Below, piece by piece: positions 10,680-20,784 of a stretch of 64,000 bases of DNA. Position 1 is the stretch's first letter. The number at the start of each line of letters is the position of its first letter. Under the pieces are notes generated by a model, which searched no databases, had not been told where the DNA came from, and saw only the letters and a program-made list of their open reading frames with translations. A program made the translations under genes and the position numbers. The stretch is from a phage. Location: the sequence record OZ413489.1. One strand, written 5' to 3'.

Positions 10680-13600
10680 ATGCTTCCAATCCCTTTGCTA
10701 AAACTTGGTCGTCATTTCCTCGATAAGAGGGGTGGAATTAAGGAACTTGCTGTTCTGTCATACCCAATAGACAACAGTGATGGTACAAGCAACACAGTAT
10801 CCTATGTAAATAGCTTAGCTATACTTTTTGATGATGGTCAGCTTAATATTACTGGCTATAATAGGTTCGGAGAGTGTCGGACTGGAGATCTTGATACAAT
10901 AAACTATCCTAATGAGGCAGCTTGGAACGTAGACCATGTTTGGAGAGCTGACCGTGCATTTGTAATCCGCACATTCGATAATAAATTTTTCTATATTGGT
11001 TGCACAGCTGGTCTTATCGGATCGGAGGCAGCAGGTGGAAACGATGTTTGTGTCAGAGAGTGGACACCTTTGCCGGAACAGATCGTAACAGGGTTGCATT
11101 TGGACACCCATCCTGAGAGACTTGTTGAAGTAATGGGTGGCGTAAACAATACAGTGTGGGTAATTGCTGCACCAGAGGCTGATGGTATGCTTCACCTGTA
11201 CGGCTCTGGCAATAATACTTACGGCTCTCTTCATGTTGACAAAAGTCAACACGCTACTCCAGTTAAGATCGGTGAAACATCTGAAAGTCCAGAGACAGGT
11301 CCTTGGAAAAATCCAAGAATTAATTGTGAAGTTCATGACAACTCGGTTATTTTTGGTGGTCCTAACGGATTCTGGATTGCAGGTTACGATTTCTTAAGAA
11401 ATAACAGCAAAAACACACTAGTTTATCCAGCCGAGCATGTGACTCTTGACCAGTTTAAAGGCATCCCGGTGGGCGAGACATGGAAAGGGTTCATGTGTGG
11501 ACCTAATGGTGCAATTATAGCCACAGAAAGGATGCACAAACCTGATGACCAACAGCTTGTTAACGTATTCTACGGGCAAGACGTCTGGGGAGATGACACA
11601 TGGCGTTCCTTAAATATCACCTACACCCATGAGGTGATAATGGCTCGTGGATACGGCACAAGTGGCATTTTCTTCAATAATGGCACTAAACAGTATCGTG
11701 GATTCTCTCGCAACTTGTGTAATGATATTGGTGCACAATCTGCAAACAATAGCCCTAGGGCTAATTTTATCCACTATCAGGCTCTTGCTACAGCTAAATA
11801 TGTTGAGCAACGCCTGCCAGTTAGCTGGACAGAGAGTGTTTATTTCCAAGGCATCCACAGGGAAGGTTTCTTAGGAACCTTTACTGTTGTTAATGGCAAA
11901 CTTTGGTGGTCAGGCATCCCAAGGGGGAGTTTTGCAGGATCTAACAACCTCTTTGGCGGCAGACTTAACAGCCAAGGGTTCACAGAGATTCCGGAGAATT
12001 GGTATAAAAATGTCCCGGTAGATAGCTGGGGTATCGAAGACATCTTTGATGTCAATGGTGTGAGCAATGTTAGCAACATTTACATCGGAGATACTGTCAA
12101 GATGAAATTGAAACCTCAGCCGGAGGGTGCTACGTTCATTATTGACAAGATTGAGTTGGTAAATGCTGCAGGCACTGTTGTTACAGATGCAAACTATCAG
12201 TTCTCCACTAACTGGAACCATGGTGGTGCTAACGAAGTTGTGGTCACCCAGTATAACCGTAACATCAACAGACGTGGTTTGTATTCTATCAAGATCACCT
12301 ACCATGACAAGCATGGCACTGGAAGAACCTGTACGACAAGGACTTTGAACTGGAACACTATAGTTCCTGCGTATCCGTCCAACGGCAAGTGGCATACCGT
12401 TGGTAGAAACAAGCAGTTCCATGTTAACGATACTGTATACTTTGGGCTGAATGGGACCCAGCCTGCAGTAGAAGGGGATACATCGTATATGGTCAGACTC
12501 CACAGAATGGATGCTGGATCAGTCACTTATGATGTGACCCAAGAGATCTACGATCAAAGACGCGCCACGTATGACAATATTGTGAAAACACAAGCCTTGT
12601 GGAAGTTCAATCCTAATGGCAAGGGTGGTAAAATGTTGCAGGTTAATGAGCAGAACGGAACGTCGTTGACTGTTCACGAACACCCAGACCCTTGGCCTGA
12701 TCCTGGAAAACCTCACCCGGGAGCTCGTACACTGAAAATTGTCAGCCATGATGCAGGGTATTTCGGAATACGCTGGGAAGCTACAGTAAGATATGTCGAC
12801 GGGACAACAAACAACATAGGGATTACACTTGGCGGCACTAGTGAAGATAACTCGCTGAAAATTGCCTACACGCCTAGAGGTATCTCTATTGATAATATGG
12901 ATGTTGTTCGCAATGGTTACGGCGATGTGAATGTCAAAGTTACTCTTGGCGAACATCTTGGTGGGGAAAGGATCATCATGTATGCCTTTGATCATGATCC
13001 ACGCACCAATGGAACTTATGCAAATCAGGCATGGAGTTACCTGATAAATGCACCTGAGCCGAATACTAAAGAGTTCTACTATGGTATGAAGCGAGATGTG
13101 TGCAAGAAAACAGGAACACATGACTGGATTGCTATCTGCGTTAAAGATGAGCGCACAGCTTGGGATGAGCCTGTTAACAGATGGTTCATAGGTATTCCTA
13201 CCAGAAGTGATAAGTATGTCGCAGAATATATTGTATGCATGGGCGGTACCAACCTAAACATGTGTTGGAACGAAGATGTAAACAAATACTCTGATTATGA
13301 CTATATGAGGGATTACTCTTGTAATTTGTGGTTTAACCAAACTACAGGTTACCCTCCGCGTCAGGCAAGGGTAAATCCTGCAATCTTTACAGATACGCAG
13401 GTTTTCTTGACAAAACAGGCCAACGAGGTTCAGACCTTCAAGAATAACTATGACCCTAACAAGTGGTTCTACAACTGTTACGGCGCATTTTTCTGGGGAC
13501 CTGGTGAGTTACCTGGTGGAGGATCTTGCTTGAATGAGGCAACTTACGCCAGTGACTACATCATGGGGCAGGTCAAGAAGTATAAGATAATCCCCGGTCC

Positions 13601-16316
13601 TGAGACTCTGGGCAATGCCGTTGACCCTTATATCATCATGACTGCACTGAGATCAAACATGGACGGGACATCCATGTCTATGCAAATTCCGGTAACAAAC
13701 GGGTACAAACGTGTTGTGATGATCATTAAGTGCGATCTGATCGGGAAGCAAGTTCTTGCAGAAAACGGGACATCCACACATCCTTTTGAGATCGCTCTGC
13801 ACTATCAGTTTGCTGACTCACCTTTTGCAGGGGATAAGAGAATATCTGATACAGACGCACAGCGTTGTAAGAAAGTATTGTTGGGTGCAGGTTGGTGGTG
13901 GTATGAGTTTGATTTAACAGACAAATTCACCGACACGTCTAAAGTTGTAACAGGACTTCGTCTAGACCTTGGCGAGAACATGCACAAAGCTGTTTGTGAT
14001 GGCACCTATGGTGACCCTACAATATACCTAAAATATGTTTCTTTTGAGCATCCGGAAGATGTTGTCTACGGTCCAAAACTGAGATTGTTTGGCAGCTGGA
14101 TTGCAAAAGATAGGGTAGGCATGGGTAAGAAGGTAAGAGGGCTCTTGGTTGATGCAGGAACAGAAGACATGCTGGTTAATGCAGTGTGGCCTGAATTACC
14201 TGGGACTCAGTGGGACAACTCAGCCAAATCTATAAACTGGTTTAACATTCATAGGGCCATGTGGACCACTAACTGCTACTTGTGGAGAGAGCTTAACGAT
14301 CAGGCCTTTGGATTCAGCGATGGTAGAAGGATGGCGATCATTTGCTGGACAACACTGCAAAGATGTTATGACCATGACTATGAGATTGGGGGCAGGGCAT
14401 GGAAAAATATCAGGGATAGAATCATAACCAATTTTGCAGACGACAACGGTGGTGGAGCACATAACTTTGGCACAAGCCGACTCATCCATTTGAACGGATC
14501 CTCAGCCTACAAGAAAGAAGGTTACTCTGGGTCTATGATCGAGTGGGGTCTGGTGAAAGATGCTCGCGTATTGATGGGCCAGCAACTTGCTGCCGCAATA
14601 GGTCCCAGCGCAGTGCAGTCGGTTAAACCAGCGTGGTTCGATATTCCATTGTGGTCACCCGGAACACCGGGAACTGCTGCAATCAACCCTACCACTGGGG
14701 ATCTAGAAATCTCCTGGGAGGACTTGAAGCAGGTCGGTGGTTGGGACAAAACAGGGTACCAGGTTCAGTGGTGGAGAGCTGATGGATCTTTAGCTGCTGA
14801 TGAGTTTGTTAAGGACAATTTCTACACTATGTCCTCTGCAAAAGCACAGCAATTATTTGGTCAGGCAACTCCGTCAACGATCACCATGTCTATGTGCTGT
14901 AAAGACAACAGGACTGGAGCTTTGGGGCCAAGGGTTGCTAAAGTTTTCTCAGGTATTAAATGGAATCTACCTGTCCAAAGTATTTCATGGAAGCAAATAG
15001 GTGATAACAAGCTGCTGGTTACCCCTGCCTGTCAGTTCAACGCAACTCTTAACGTTGATCCTGCTGTTGCGGCAAACTCAGCTAAAGCTTCTGACTTCTC
15101 TGTGTCTAACACTGCTATGGCAGATGTGAGGAAGATTGACACGCTGAACGCCAGAATTACCTGTAAAAACACTTATGGCACATTCCAGATCATCAACAAC
15201 TTCACAGATGCTGATTCTAAGGTAGTGAGGACAGCAAGCCAGACTTTGAGTTTAGGAACTCTGGCCTATGCGGCCCTGATCACTGAACAGTCGGCAACAC
15301 TCCAAGGAGGTGGTGTAGGCAAGTCCATTACAACACCTGTGTGGAAGCCAAATGAGTGGGTTGTGTTTGATTTGACTGTGGACTTCTCCAGCGATAATAA
15401 CTGGACATGGGTAAGGAATTGTTTGTCACAGTTGATGGGCGGTCCAAGCTCCGTTAGTGATAGTCACGACTCTACTGACCCGAGTGTGTTCCAGGTAGGT
15501 AAAACTCACCCAGAGACTGGAGAAACGTTGCCTGACAGGAAGTATGCTTTGGTTTGCATCTCTTACGGGAAGGCAGATGTCACCTTCTCAGGGACACACA
15601 CTTATAACGGAACCTACAACTTCTCAAGGAAGTATAGTCTCAAAGCAGGGAACATTATAGACGAGGTTGGTGTGCTGTATAATCCGGGCAACGGCATAGG
15701 GATTGTTGGTGGTAAACTGCAGATGCAGGAACCTTCTATTACCCCTTCCAACGTATCCGGGATTAGAAAGACTTGGGAAAGTAGTAATACCAACATTGCA
15801 ACAGTGGATGCCACCACAGGACTGGTAACATTTAAAGCTACTGGGAATGTCACCATAAAGTTTGTAGTTACAGATGATGCAGGGCGCAAAACGTCTTCAA
15901 CATCTTTTACTGTCAAACAGATGGCACCACAGTGGAGAATGTGGATAGGTACAGCAACAAACGGGGCATACCCTAATCCGGCAGGTACTTCTGGTATGAA
16001 GACTTTCTCTACAAGCAAACCGATGGAGTACGGCAGCGGTCCTAAGGTAGGGCAGATGGTGTACTTTGGTGCGTATATTCCTGAAATTATAGGGCTTCCG
16101 AGAAGTCAGCTTCAGTTGCTGTTTGGGGCTGGTGTTGACGATCTTGCCACTTTCGGGTATAGCGACAACATCGAGGCTGCAAGGAGTTCAGGATGGGTAG
16201 GGTTCAGAATGGAGTCTGGAAAGGAAGGCAGGATTCTAGGGACAGCCTCTATAGGTGTTATGTTCCCTGGTGACCAGCAGTATCGTCTAGAAGCCTACGC
16301 AACCTTTTCTCGTTAA
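10680..16316 (+). CDS. Large virion-associated protein with bacterial Ig-like (Big_2-type) repeat
   Basis: 1878 aa single ORF; near the C-terminus a segment (SNVSGIRKTWESSNTNIATVDATTGLVTFKATGNVTIKFVVTDDAGRKT) has the Big_2 pattern; last gene of the late block. Confidence 0.65.
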   Translation: MLPIPLLKLGRHFLDKRGGIKELAVLSYPIDNSDGTSNTVSYVNSLAILFDDGQLNITGYNRFGECRTGDLDTINYPNEAAWNVDHVWRADRAFVIRTFDNKFFYIGCTAGLIGSEAAGGNDVCVREWTPLPEQIVTGLHLDTHPERLVEVMGGVNNTVWVIAAPEADGMLHLYGSGNNTYGSLHVDKSQHATPVKIGETSESPETGPWKNPRINCEVHDNSVIFGGPNGFWIAGYDFLRNNSKNTLVYPAEHVTLDQFKGIPVGETWKGFMCGPNGAIIATERMHKPDDQQLVNVFYGQDVWGDDTWRSLNITYTHEVIMARGYGTSGIFFNNGTKQYRGFSRNLCNDIGAQSANNSPRANFIHYQALATAKYVEQRLPVSWTESVYFQGIHREGFLGTFTVVNGKLWWSGIPRGSFAGSNNLFGGRLNSQGFTEIPENWYKNVPVDSWGIEDIFDVNGVSNVSNIYIGDTVKMKLKPQPEGATFIIDKIELVNAAGTVVTDANYQFSTNWNHGGANEVVVTQYNRNINRRGLYSIKITYHDKHGTGRTCTTRTLNWNTIVPAYPSNGKWHTVGRNKQFHVNDTVYFGLNGTQPAVEGDTSYMVRLHRMDAGSVTYDVTQEIYDQRRATYDNIVKTQALWKFNPNGKGGKMLQVNEQNGTSLTVHEHPDPWPDPGKPHPGARTLKIVSHDAGYFGIRWEATVRYVDGTTNNIGITLGGTSEDNSLKIAYTPRGISIDNMDVVRNGYGDVNVKVTLGEHLGGERIIMYAFDHDPRTNGTYANQAWSYLINAPEPNTKEFYYGMKRDVCKKTGTHDWIAICVKDERTAWDEPVNRWFIGIPTRSDKYVAEYIVCMGGTNLNMCWNEDVNKYSDYDYMRDYSCNLWFNQTTGYPPRQARVNPAIFTDTQVFLTKQANEVQTFKNNYDPNKWFYNCYGAFFWGPGELPGGGSCLNEATYASDYIMGQVKKYKIIPGPETLGNAVDPYIIMTALRSNMDGTSMSMQIPVTNGYKRVVMIIKCDLIGKQVLAENGTSTHPFEIALHYQFADSPFAGDKRISDTDAQRCKKVLLGAGWWWYEFDLTDKFTDTSKVVTGLRLDLGENMHKAVCDGTYGDPTIYLKYVSFEHPEDVVYGPKLRLFGSWIAKDRVGMGKKVRGLLVDAGTEDMLVNAVWPELPGTQWDNSAKSINWFNIHRAMWTTNCYLWRELNDQAFGFSDGRRMAIICWTTLQRCYDHDYEIGGRAWKNIRDRIITNFADDNGGGAHNFGTSRLIHLNGSSAYKKEGYSGSMIEWGLVKDARVLMGQQLAAAIGPSAVQSVKPAWFDIPLWSPGTPGTAAINPTTGDLEISWEDLKQVGGWDKTGYQVQWWRADGSLAADEFVKDNFYTMSSAKAQQLFGQATPSTITMSMCCKDNRTGALGPRVAKVFSGIKWNLPVQSISWKQIGDNKLLVTPACQFNATLNVDPAVAANSAKASDFSVSNTAMADVRKIDTLNARITCKNTYGTFQIINNFTDADSKVVRTASQTLSLGTLAYAALITEQSATLQGGGVGKSITTPVWKPNEWVVFDLTVDFSSDNNWTWVRNCLSQLMGGPSSVSDSHDSTDPSVFQVGKTHPETGETLPDRKYALVCISYGKADVTFSGTHTYNGTYNFSRKYSLKAGNIIDEVGVLYNPGNGIGIVGGKLQMQEPSITPSNVSGIRKTWESSNTNIATVDATTGLVTFKATGNVTIKFVVTDDAGRKTSSTSFTVKQMAPQWRMWIGTATNGAYPNPAGTSGMKTFSTSKPMEYGSGPKVGQMVYFGAYIPEIIGLPRSQLQLLFGAGVDDLATFGYSDNIEAARSSGWVGFRMESGKEGRILGTASIGVMFPGDQQYRLEAYATFSR

Positions 16317-16328
16317 CAAGGGGGTAAA

Positions 16329-16360
16329 TAAAAAGGGGCCAAACGGCCCCTTTCTTTTTA
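16329..16360. terminator. Bidirectional rho-independent terminator
   Basis: aaaaa-ggggcc-aaac-ggcccc-tttcttttta: hairpin flanked by A-tract and T-tract, between convergent genes ending at 16316 (+) and 16364 (-). Confidence 0.75.
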
Positions 16361-16363
16361 TAG

Positions 16364-16564
16364 TTAGTAATACTCCCAACATGCCCCATCTTCAGACGGC
16401 TTGACGCGCTTACCTTTATGGTCAACATAGGTATAGCCACAACCTTCACAAATAACAGGTGCTGCATAACCTTCCTTCCACTGCTTCTCCGTGATCAATC
16501 CTTTCAGATCTCCGCAGTCACGACCAAACAACTCTTCAGAACAGTCTTTACAAAAATCAGCCAT
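16364..16564 (-). CDS. Small zinc-ribbon protein
   Basis: 66 aa with CxxC ... CxxC pairs (CKDC, CEGC). Confidence 0.5.
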   Translation of the reverse strand: MADFCKDCSEELFGRDCGDLKGLITEKQWKEGYAAPVICEGCGYTYVDHKGKRVKPSEDGACWEYY

Positions 16565-16633
16565 CTCTATCAGTCTCCATATTTAACCAATCTATATTAC
16601 ATATTGCCGAAGAAACAGTATTTCATTTCATTA

Positions 16634-16852
16634 TCACAGATCTCCAACAACTTCCCAAATACCCCAGTGAGCATCTATATCCTTGATAAAGTATCTTTCT
16701 CCACGGTTTGTCCACACACCTATCCCAACTTTACCATCTATCCCATTGTATACATCTGCCTCATACTCTTTGCCCGGTGTAAAGTGTACACCCATCATAA
16801 GGGCTGTTATTCCATTAGGATTTTTAAATTTAACAAATTTTACTTTGCTCAT
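16634..16852 (-). CDS. Hypothetical protein
   Basis: 72 aa ORF; adjacent to the next gene (stop/start 1 bp apart). Confidence 0.45.
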   Translation of the reverse strand: MSKVKFVKFKNPNGITALMMGVHFTPGKEYEADVYNGIDGKVGIGVWTNRGERYFIKDIDAHWGIWEVVGDL

Positions 16853-16853
16853 A

Positions 16854-17183
16854 TTACTTAATCCTTGCAGTTACAGTAGCGCTATACCCCATGTAGTTAT
16901 GAGACATAAAGAATGTAAGCCCTTTAAGTTCAGGATTCTTTCTAAGAAATCGTTTCAATTTTCGAATGCAATTAACACCATGATCATAGTTTGAGAAATT
17001 AAATTTAATACCCTGCTCCATCATAGTGCACACTTCTTCATGGGTATGCCATTGTCTATCGTGGTCACAAAACCAGTAACCAATACCTTCTTTTTCTTGG
17101 ATATGCAATCCCCAAAATACTTTATGCATTGGATATTTTGGTTTTCTACCATGATAATGTAGTTTAATATTCACATGTGCCAT
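16854..17183 (-). CDS. Hypothetical protein (His-rich)
   Basis: 109 aa ORF in a co-directional array. Confidence 0.45.
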   Translation of the reverse strand: MAHVNIKLHYHGRKPKYPMHKVFWGLHIQEKEGIGYWFCDHDRQWHTHEEVCTMMEQGIKFNFSNYDHGVNCIRKLKRFLRKNPELKGLTFFMSHNYMGYSATVTARIK

Positions 17184-17351
17184 TTTTTGTTACTCCGTTC
17201 TGTATCTGTGATAATGAGAATAGCAAACTGGGGTGTGTGCTGTCAACAACATTTTTAAGCGTTTTGGGGAAGTTTTTTGAAAGGTGGGTGTAATCACAAG
17301 AGAGGGTGGAGTTATTGAAGGCACAGGCCTCTTTTGAGGCCTTAAAGTCGA

Positions 17352-17732
17352 TTATGACACTTTGACGTAGCGCTCTGACAGAGCTGGAAAGCCAAAAGCA
17401 GTACCTATACTACCGTATGCTACCCACCATTGAAGTTCATCGTGACACCATTTTCCGATCAGGAAGGTGCTGGGGTAGCGGGTCAGTATTTTGGCATAAG
17501 CTTTAGGGTCTGCATCTTCTGGGATAATGATACTTGGAACATCTTTGTTATGGCCACAGCAGCAGTTTAGAGTTTTCAATCCTGCCGCCCATAGACTCAT
17601 GATAGGCTTAGCCATGCACTTATCAAGGCACACACGTTTTTTGCCGTCACGGAGCTTTTTAGGCACATCAACGATAACATTTTGATGCTTGGCACCTTTC
17701 ACTTTCCAATTATAGGATTTACACTTGCACAT
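17352..17732 (-). CDS. Hypothetical Cys-rich protein
   Basis: 126 aa; several Cys clusters (CKC, CLDKC, CCCGHN) suggest metal binding; function not assignable. Confidence 0.45.
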   Translation of the reverse strand: MCKCKSYNWKVKGAKHQNVIVDVPKKLRDGKKRVCLDKCMAKPIMSLWAAGLKTLNCCCGHNKDVPSIIIPEDADPKAYAKILTRYPSTFLIGKWCHDELQWWVAYGSIGTAFGFPALSERYVKVS

Positions 17733-17762
17733 TTAATCAGTCTCCATCTAGAAAGCAATACT

Positions 17763-17933
17763 TTACTTAAAATCTTTGTCACCTATTACGATTGCACGAA
17801 TCCACTCATTGTGATGTTCAATGGCGGTAAGGTGTAACATAATGCAGTGATTGTCATTACCAAACACGGTGCGGTAAGCTTTAGCAGCACCATGATATAA
17901 CTTCCACATCAGGTAATGATATCTTCGCCTCAT
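17763..17933 (-). CDS. Small hypothetical protein (56 aa)
   Basis: Not in the >=60 aa track; ATG overlaps the upstream TGA stop (ATGA coupling) of the HAD gene. Confidence 0.35.
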   Translation of the reverse strand: MRRRYHYLMWKLYHGAAKAYRTVFGNDNHCIMLHLTAIEHHNEWIRAIVIGDKDFK

Positions 17934-18409
17934 GGCTCTTTCTCCGGTTCAGGATCTGGGTAATCTTCAATAATAAAGGGCCATCCGTTCCGCTTAGCCT
18001 CAGACTTGTACTCAATCTCCTTCATTGCAAACTCTAACTGATTTTTAGCCGGAATACATGCCGGAGAATCATCAACCCAGATATCTGGGTAGATATCAAA
18101 CTGCGCCAGGTAGGCTGCCTTCTGAACACCGCCAGTATAAAACACACCAACATCGAGCTCCTTGCGCCAATACTCAATGTCCACATTGTCTTGAGTAATG
18201 AATCGGAAAGTCACAAGGTATACTGTCCACCCCTCCTTCTTCAGGTCCCTGATCAGGCGGGAGAAGATGAAAGGGCTCGCATTAAACGTTCCATCAAAGT
18301 CAATGGCAATGATGTGCGTGCCGTGGCGAGTCTCATATGGATTGCTTGTGGTAAGATTGCTGTAGTTAAAAGGGACCTCTTCCCCGCAGTAGCTGTAGTC
18401 CATATTCAC
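17930..18409 (-). CDS. HAD-superfamily phosphatase (candidate nucleotidase)
   Basis: 159 aa; HAD motif I IAIDFDGTF (DxDGT) near the N-terminus. Confidence 0.65.
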   Translation of the reverse strand: MNMDYSYCGEEVPFNYSNLTTSNPYETRHGTHIIAIDFDGTFNASPFIFSRLIRDLKKEGWTVYLVTFRFITQDNVDIEYWRKELDVGVFYTGGVQKAAYLAQFDIYPDIWVDDSPACIPAKNQLEFAMKEIEYKSEAKRNGWPFIIEDYPDPEPEKEP

Positions 18410-18681
18410 ACCTTCTCGTTGATAAATTTACGGGCGGTTTGGTGAGTTGTTTCTGCTGTCTTCAGAATAATATTAATTTTATCGTCAAGATCATTCATCT
18501 CAGCAGTTAATTCAGGAATCTCTCCGGCATGCATAGTGAAATCATACATAGACATGCCAAGAATCTCATTGATTCGGCGGTTGCATTCTGCAGCACGCTG
18601 GTTCATTTTCCAAGCTAACACCAGAGCCTCTTGCGTAGCCTCCAGTGCAAAGTCTAATACGTCAGCTTCTTCTTTCGTCAT
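18406..18681 (-). CDS. Hypothetical protein (helical)
   Basis: 91 aa ORF, stop overlaps the next start. Confidence 0.45.
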   Translation of the reverse strand: MTKEEADVLDFALEATQEALVLAWKMNQRAAECNRRINEILGMSMYDFTMHAGEIPELTAEMNDLDDKINIILKTAETTHQTARKFINEKV

Positions 18682-18736
18682 CTCAGTCTCTCTTGTTGTA
18701 TTGTTGGTAGGTGCATGAACACCTTATATCTCACTT

Positions 18737-19303
18737 TTATTCAAACTGCAATAGTAAGTCCACCACCGCGCTAGGTCTGTCAACAAATTCCCCAGGTCCA
18801 CATGCCCACAGAGGGTATCCGTCTACATACCGCCAAATCCAACCTGCGGTGTGGAGTTCGAGCAGGGCAGTGCCGTCCTTACTGTCAACCACTCTTTCCC
18901 ACAGTGTCGGGCAGCGAAGCTTGAGGATCGGATCCCCTCCCTTATACCCATCCATGTAGATACCCATTGCAAAGTTCAGCATCATCTTTTTGTGCACTGA
19001 TCTTTTACTGAGGGTACTCATCACTTCCTCTTTGTGAATGTTTGTAAGCTTCTCCTTGGCTACCCGCAGATCGTTGCAACCATTGTTCAGCAGATCTTCC
19101 AGACACTTGATCCGAAGGTCGTGAATGTCTTTGTCGTGTACCGTTGGCACAGGGTCGTAGCGGTATAGCACTGTTGATACAAGGTTGCTCGGGTGTGGGT
19201 CTGACAGCAACCCATAACCCCAATACTCTTCTGTATCTGAAAGGACAAGACACCCAATGTCTCTGTCAAGCTTTCCTGTGTTGTAAGCCACATTGACCGC
19301 CAT
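18737..19303 (-). CDS. Hypothetical protein
   Basis: 188 aa ORF in the co-directional array. Confidence 0.5.
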   Translation of the reverse strand: MAVNVAYNTGKLDRDIGCLVLSDTEEYWGYGLLSDPHPSNLVSTVLYRYDPVPTVHDKDIHDLRIKCLEDLLNNGCNDLRVAKEKLTNIHKEEVMSTLSKRSVHKKMMLNFAMGIYMDGYKGGDPILKLRCPTLWERVVDSKDGTALLELHTAGWIWRYVDGYPLWACGPGEFVDRPSAVVDLLLQFE

Positions 19304-19305
19304 GA

Positions 19306-19551
19306 CTATAGCTCCACTAGCAAAGTGCTTTCAAAGTGCCGTTCATGCAAACCGTTGTAAGGGACCACTTCTACAACGCCATCACGGACATATGGGGCCA
19401 TCATGGTGGTATAATCTCCAAACGGGTTGGTATTGTCACTAACCACAACCACCTTCTGCCCTTCCTTGGCAGAGTGCCAAATAGATCTGCACTTCATCAG
19501 GTGTTCGAGAGCTCCAGGTAAAATTTTGTTACGTTCTTTACGGGTCTTCAT
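19306..19551 (-). CDS. Hypothetical protein
   Basis: 81 aa ORF, tightly packed. Confidence 0.45.
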   Translation of the reverse strand: MKTRKERNKILPGALEHLMKCRSIWHSAKEGQKVVVVSDNTNPFGDYTTMMAPYVRDGVVEVVPYNGLHERHFESTLLVEL

Positions 19552-19997
19552 AACAGATATAGCTCCTTATGAAAGTGGTCTTTTAATTTCTCACTGAGAA
19601 ACTTCTTGATACCTTCCTCTAAAGTGTTTTCGATGTAGTCCAGCTTAACTGCTTCGATGGACATATCATAGATTGCCAGCTCTAAGCTGTCAAGTCCCAT
19701 CATAGCATGAACCATAAGATTTTCATCTTCAGATACATTCAGGGGACTTCCTATAACATCTGGAGGCAGAATAGTTTCCCAATTATTCTGGGTGGTAGTT
19801 CTCCCGCCATCTACTTTACGGCGCAGTTCGAATGTGTTCTTAGTGTAGAACACTTCATAAGAAACGATACGACTGTCACTCTCATAATAAACGAAGTTCA
19901 GGTAGGAGCCTAGCCGCAGTCGGCAAACTTCCACCCCAAACCATTGTTTCTTATAAGAATTCAGGCTAATGCTGTCGCATTCACGTTTGCTCAACAC
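19548..19997 (-). CDS. Hypothetical protein
   Basis: 149 aa ORF; start overlaps the downstream gene (ATGA). Confidence 0.5.
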   Translation of the reverse strand: MLSKRECDSISLNSYKKQWFGVEVCRLRLGSYLNFVYYESDSRIVSYEVFYTKNTFELRRKVDGGRTTTQNNWETILPPDVIGSPLNVSEDENLMVHAMMGLDSLELAIYDMSIEAVKLDYIENTLEEGIKKFLSEKLKDHFHKELYLL

Positions 19998-20013
19998 GGC
20001 TATCTCCTTTTTG

Positions 20014-20247
20014 TTAATCTTCGTAAATCAGGATTTCTGCTTTAGGTTTTCGTGCTTTCAGATCCAGCTCTATCCAATGCACCATGGCTGTTTCAAGAAA
20101 AACAGCCTGGATGCATCCGTCCTCAGCGTGCCCTACCAACATAACAAGATCTTCACCTTCGTCATCTGCATCACGAACATACAGAATCTCTCCAGATTCA
20201 AAGTCTTTCACAACCTGATTGCTGGATAATTTACGAATTTTTGCCAT
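20014..20247 (-). CDS. Hypothetical small protein
   Basis: 77 aa ORF. Confidence 0.45.
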   Translation of the reverse strand: MAKIRKLSSNQVVKDFESGEILYVRDADDEGEDLVMLVGHAEDGCIQAVFLETAMVHWIELDLKARKPKAEILIYED

Positions 20248-20248
20248 A

Positions 20249-20512
20249 TCAGAAACCCTCTAAAAAGCTCTTGTAGAAAACAATCTCAGTATCCACACCA
20301 GTCACAATCTTGTCGTTCCTGATTTCATCAGTAAGATAGGTGTCAAAACGCAGAACCTGTGTGGTATTGTCGCACATCCACTCAGCTGTGACCATGGCGA
20401 AAATCTTAGCATCCTCATTATCTGGTGTAAATGTTACCACCTCACCACATTTAAATTTTTCGATAGGTTGCGTGTTAGCTTTCGGTTCTGCAATAGTGAT
20501 TTTCGTGGTCAT
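20249..20512 (-). CDS. Hypothetical small protein
   Basis: 87 aa ORF, adjacent to neighbours. Confidence 0.45.
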   Translation of the reverse strand: MTTKITIAEPKANTQPIEKFKCGEVVTFTPDNEDAKIFAMVTAEWMCDNTTQVLRFDTYLTDEIRNDKIVTGVDTEIVFYKSFLEGF

Positions 20513-20769
20513 TACTCTTCCTCCATAGTTTCACCAAATACTTCGATACGAGCATCGAGCTCTGTTGCTTTCAGCTCCCCAACAAAATCTTTTAGTTCTT
20601 TCTCGTCCAGATCGTAAGCCCACACACAAGAAGAACATGCAGATTTCACAATCAGCAGCGTAGATACACGGCCTGACTCTGTGATCATGCTCACAATGGT
20701 TCCCACAGGGAACGTGTTGATAGCTTTTTTAACTGGGCGTTCAGATTTGATTACTACTTCTGTTGCCAT
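20512..20769 (-). CDS. Hypothetical small protein
   Basis: 85 aa ORF. Confidence 0.45.
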   Translation of the reverse strand: MATEVVIKSERPVKKAINTFPVGTIVSMITESGRVSTLLIVKSACSSCVWAYDLDEKELKDFVGELKATELDARIEVFGETMEEE

Positions 20770-20784
20770 AAATAACGTCCTCTC

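Noticed and set aside
10815-13121. Antisense ORFs inside the 1878-aa gene (10815-11336, 11910-12503, 12519-13121 and others)
   Set aside because: Fully nested on the opposite strand of a long, well-supported ORF; typical shadow ORFs.
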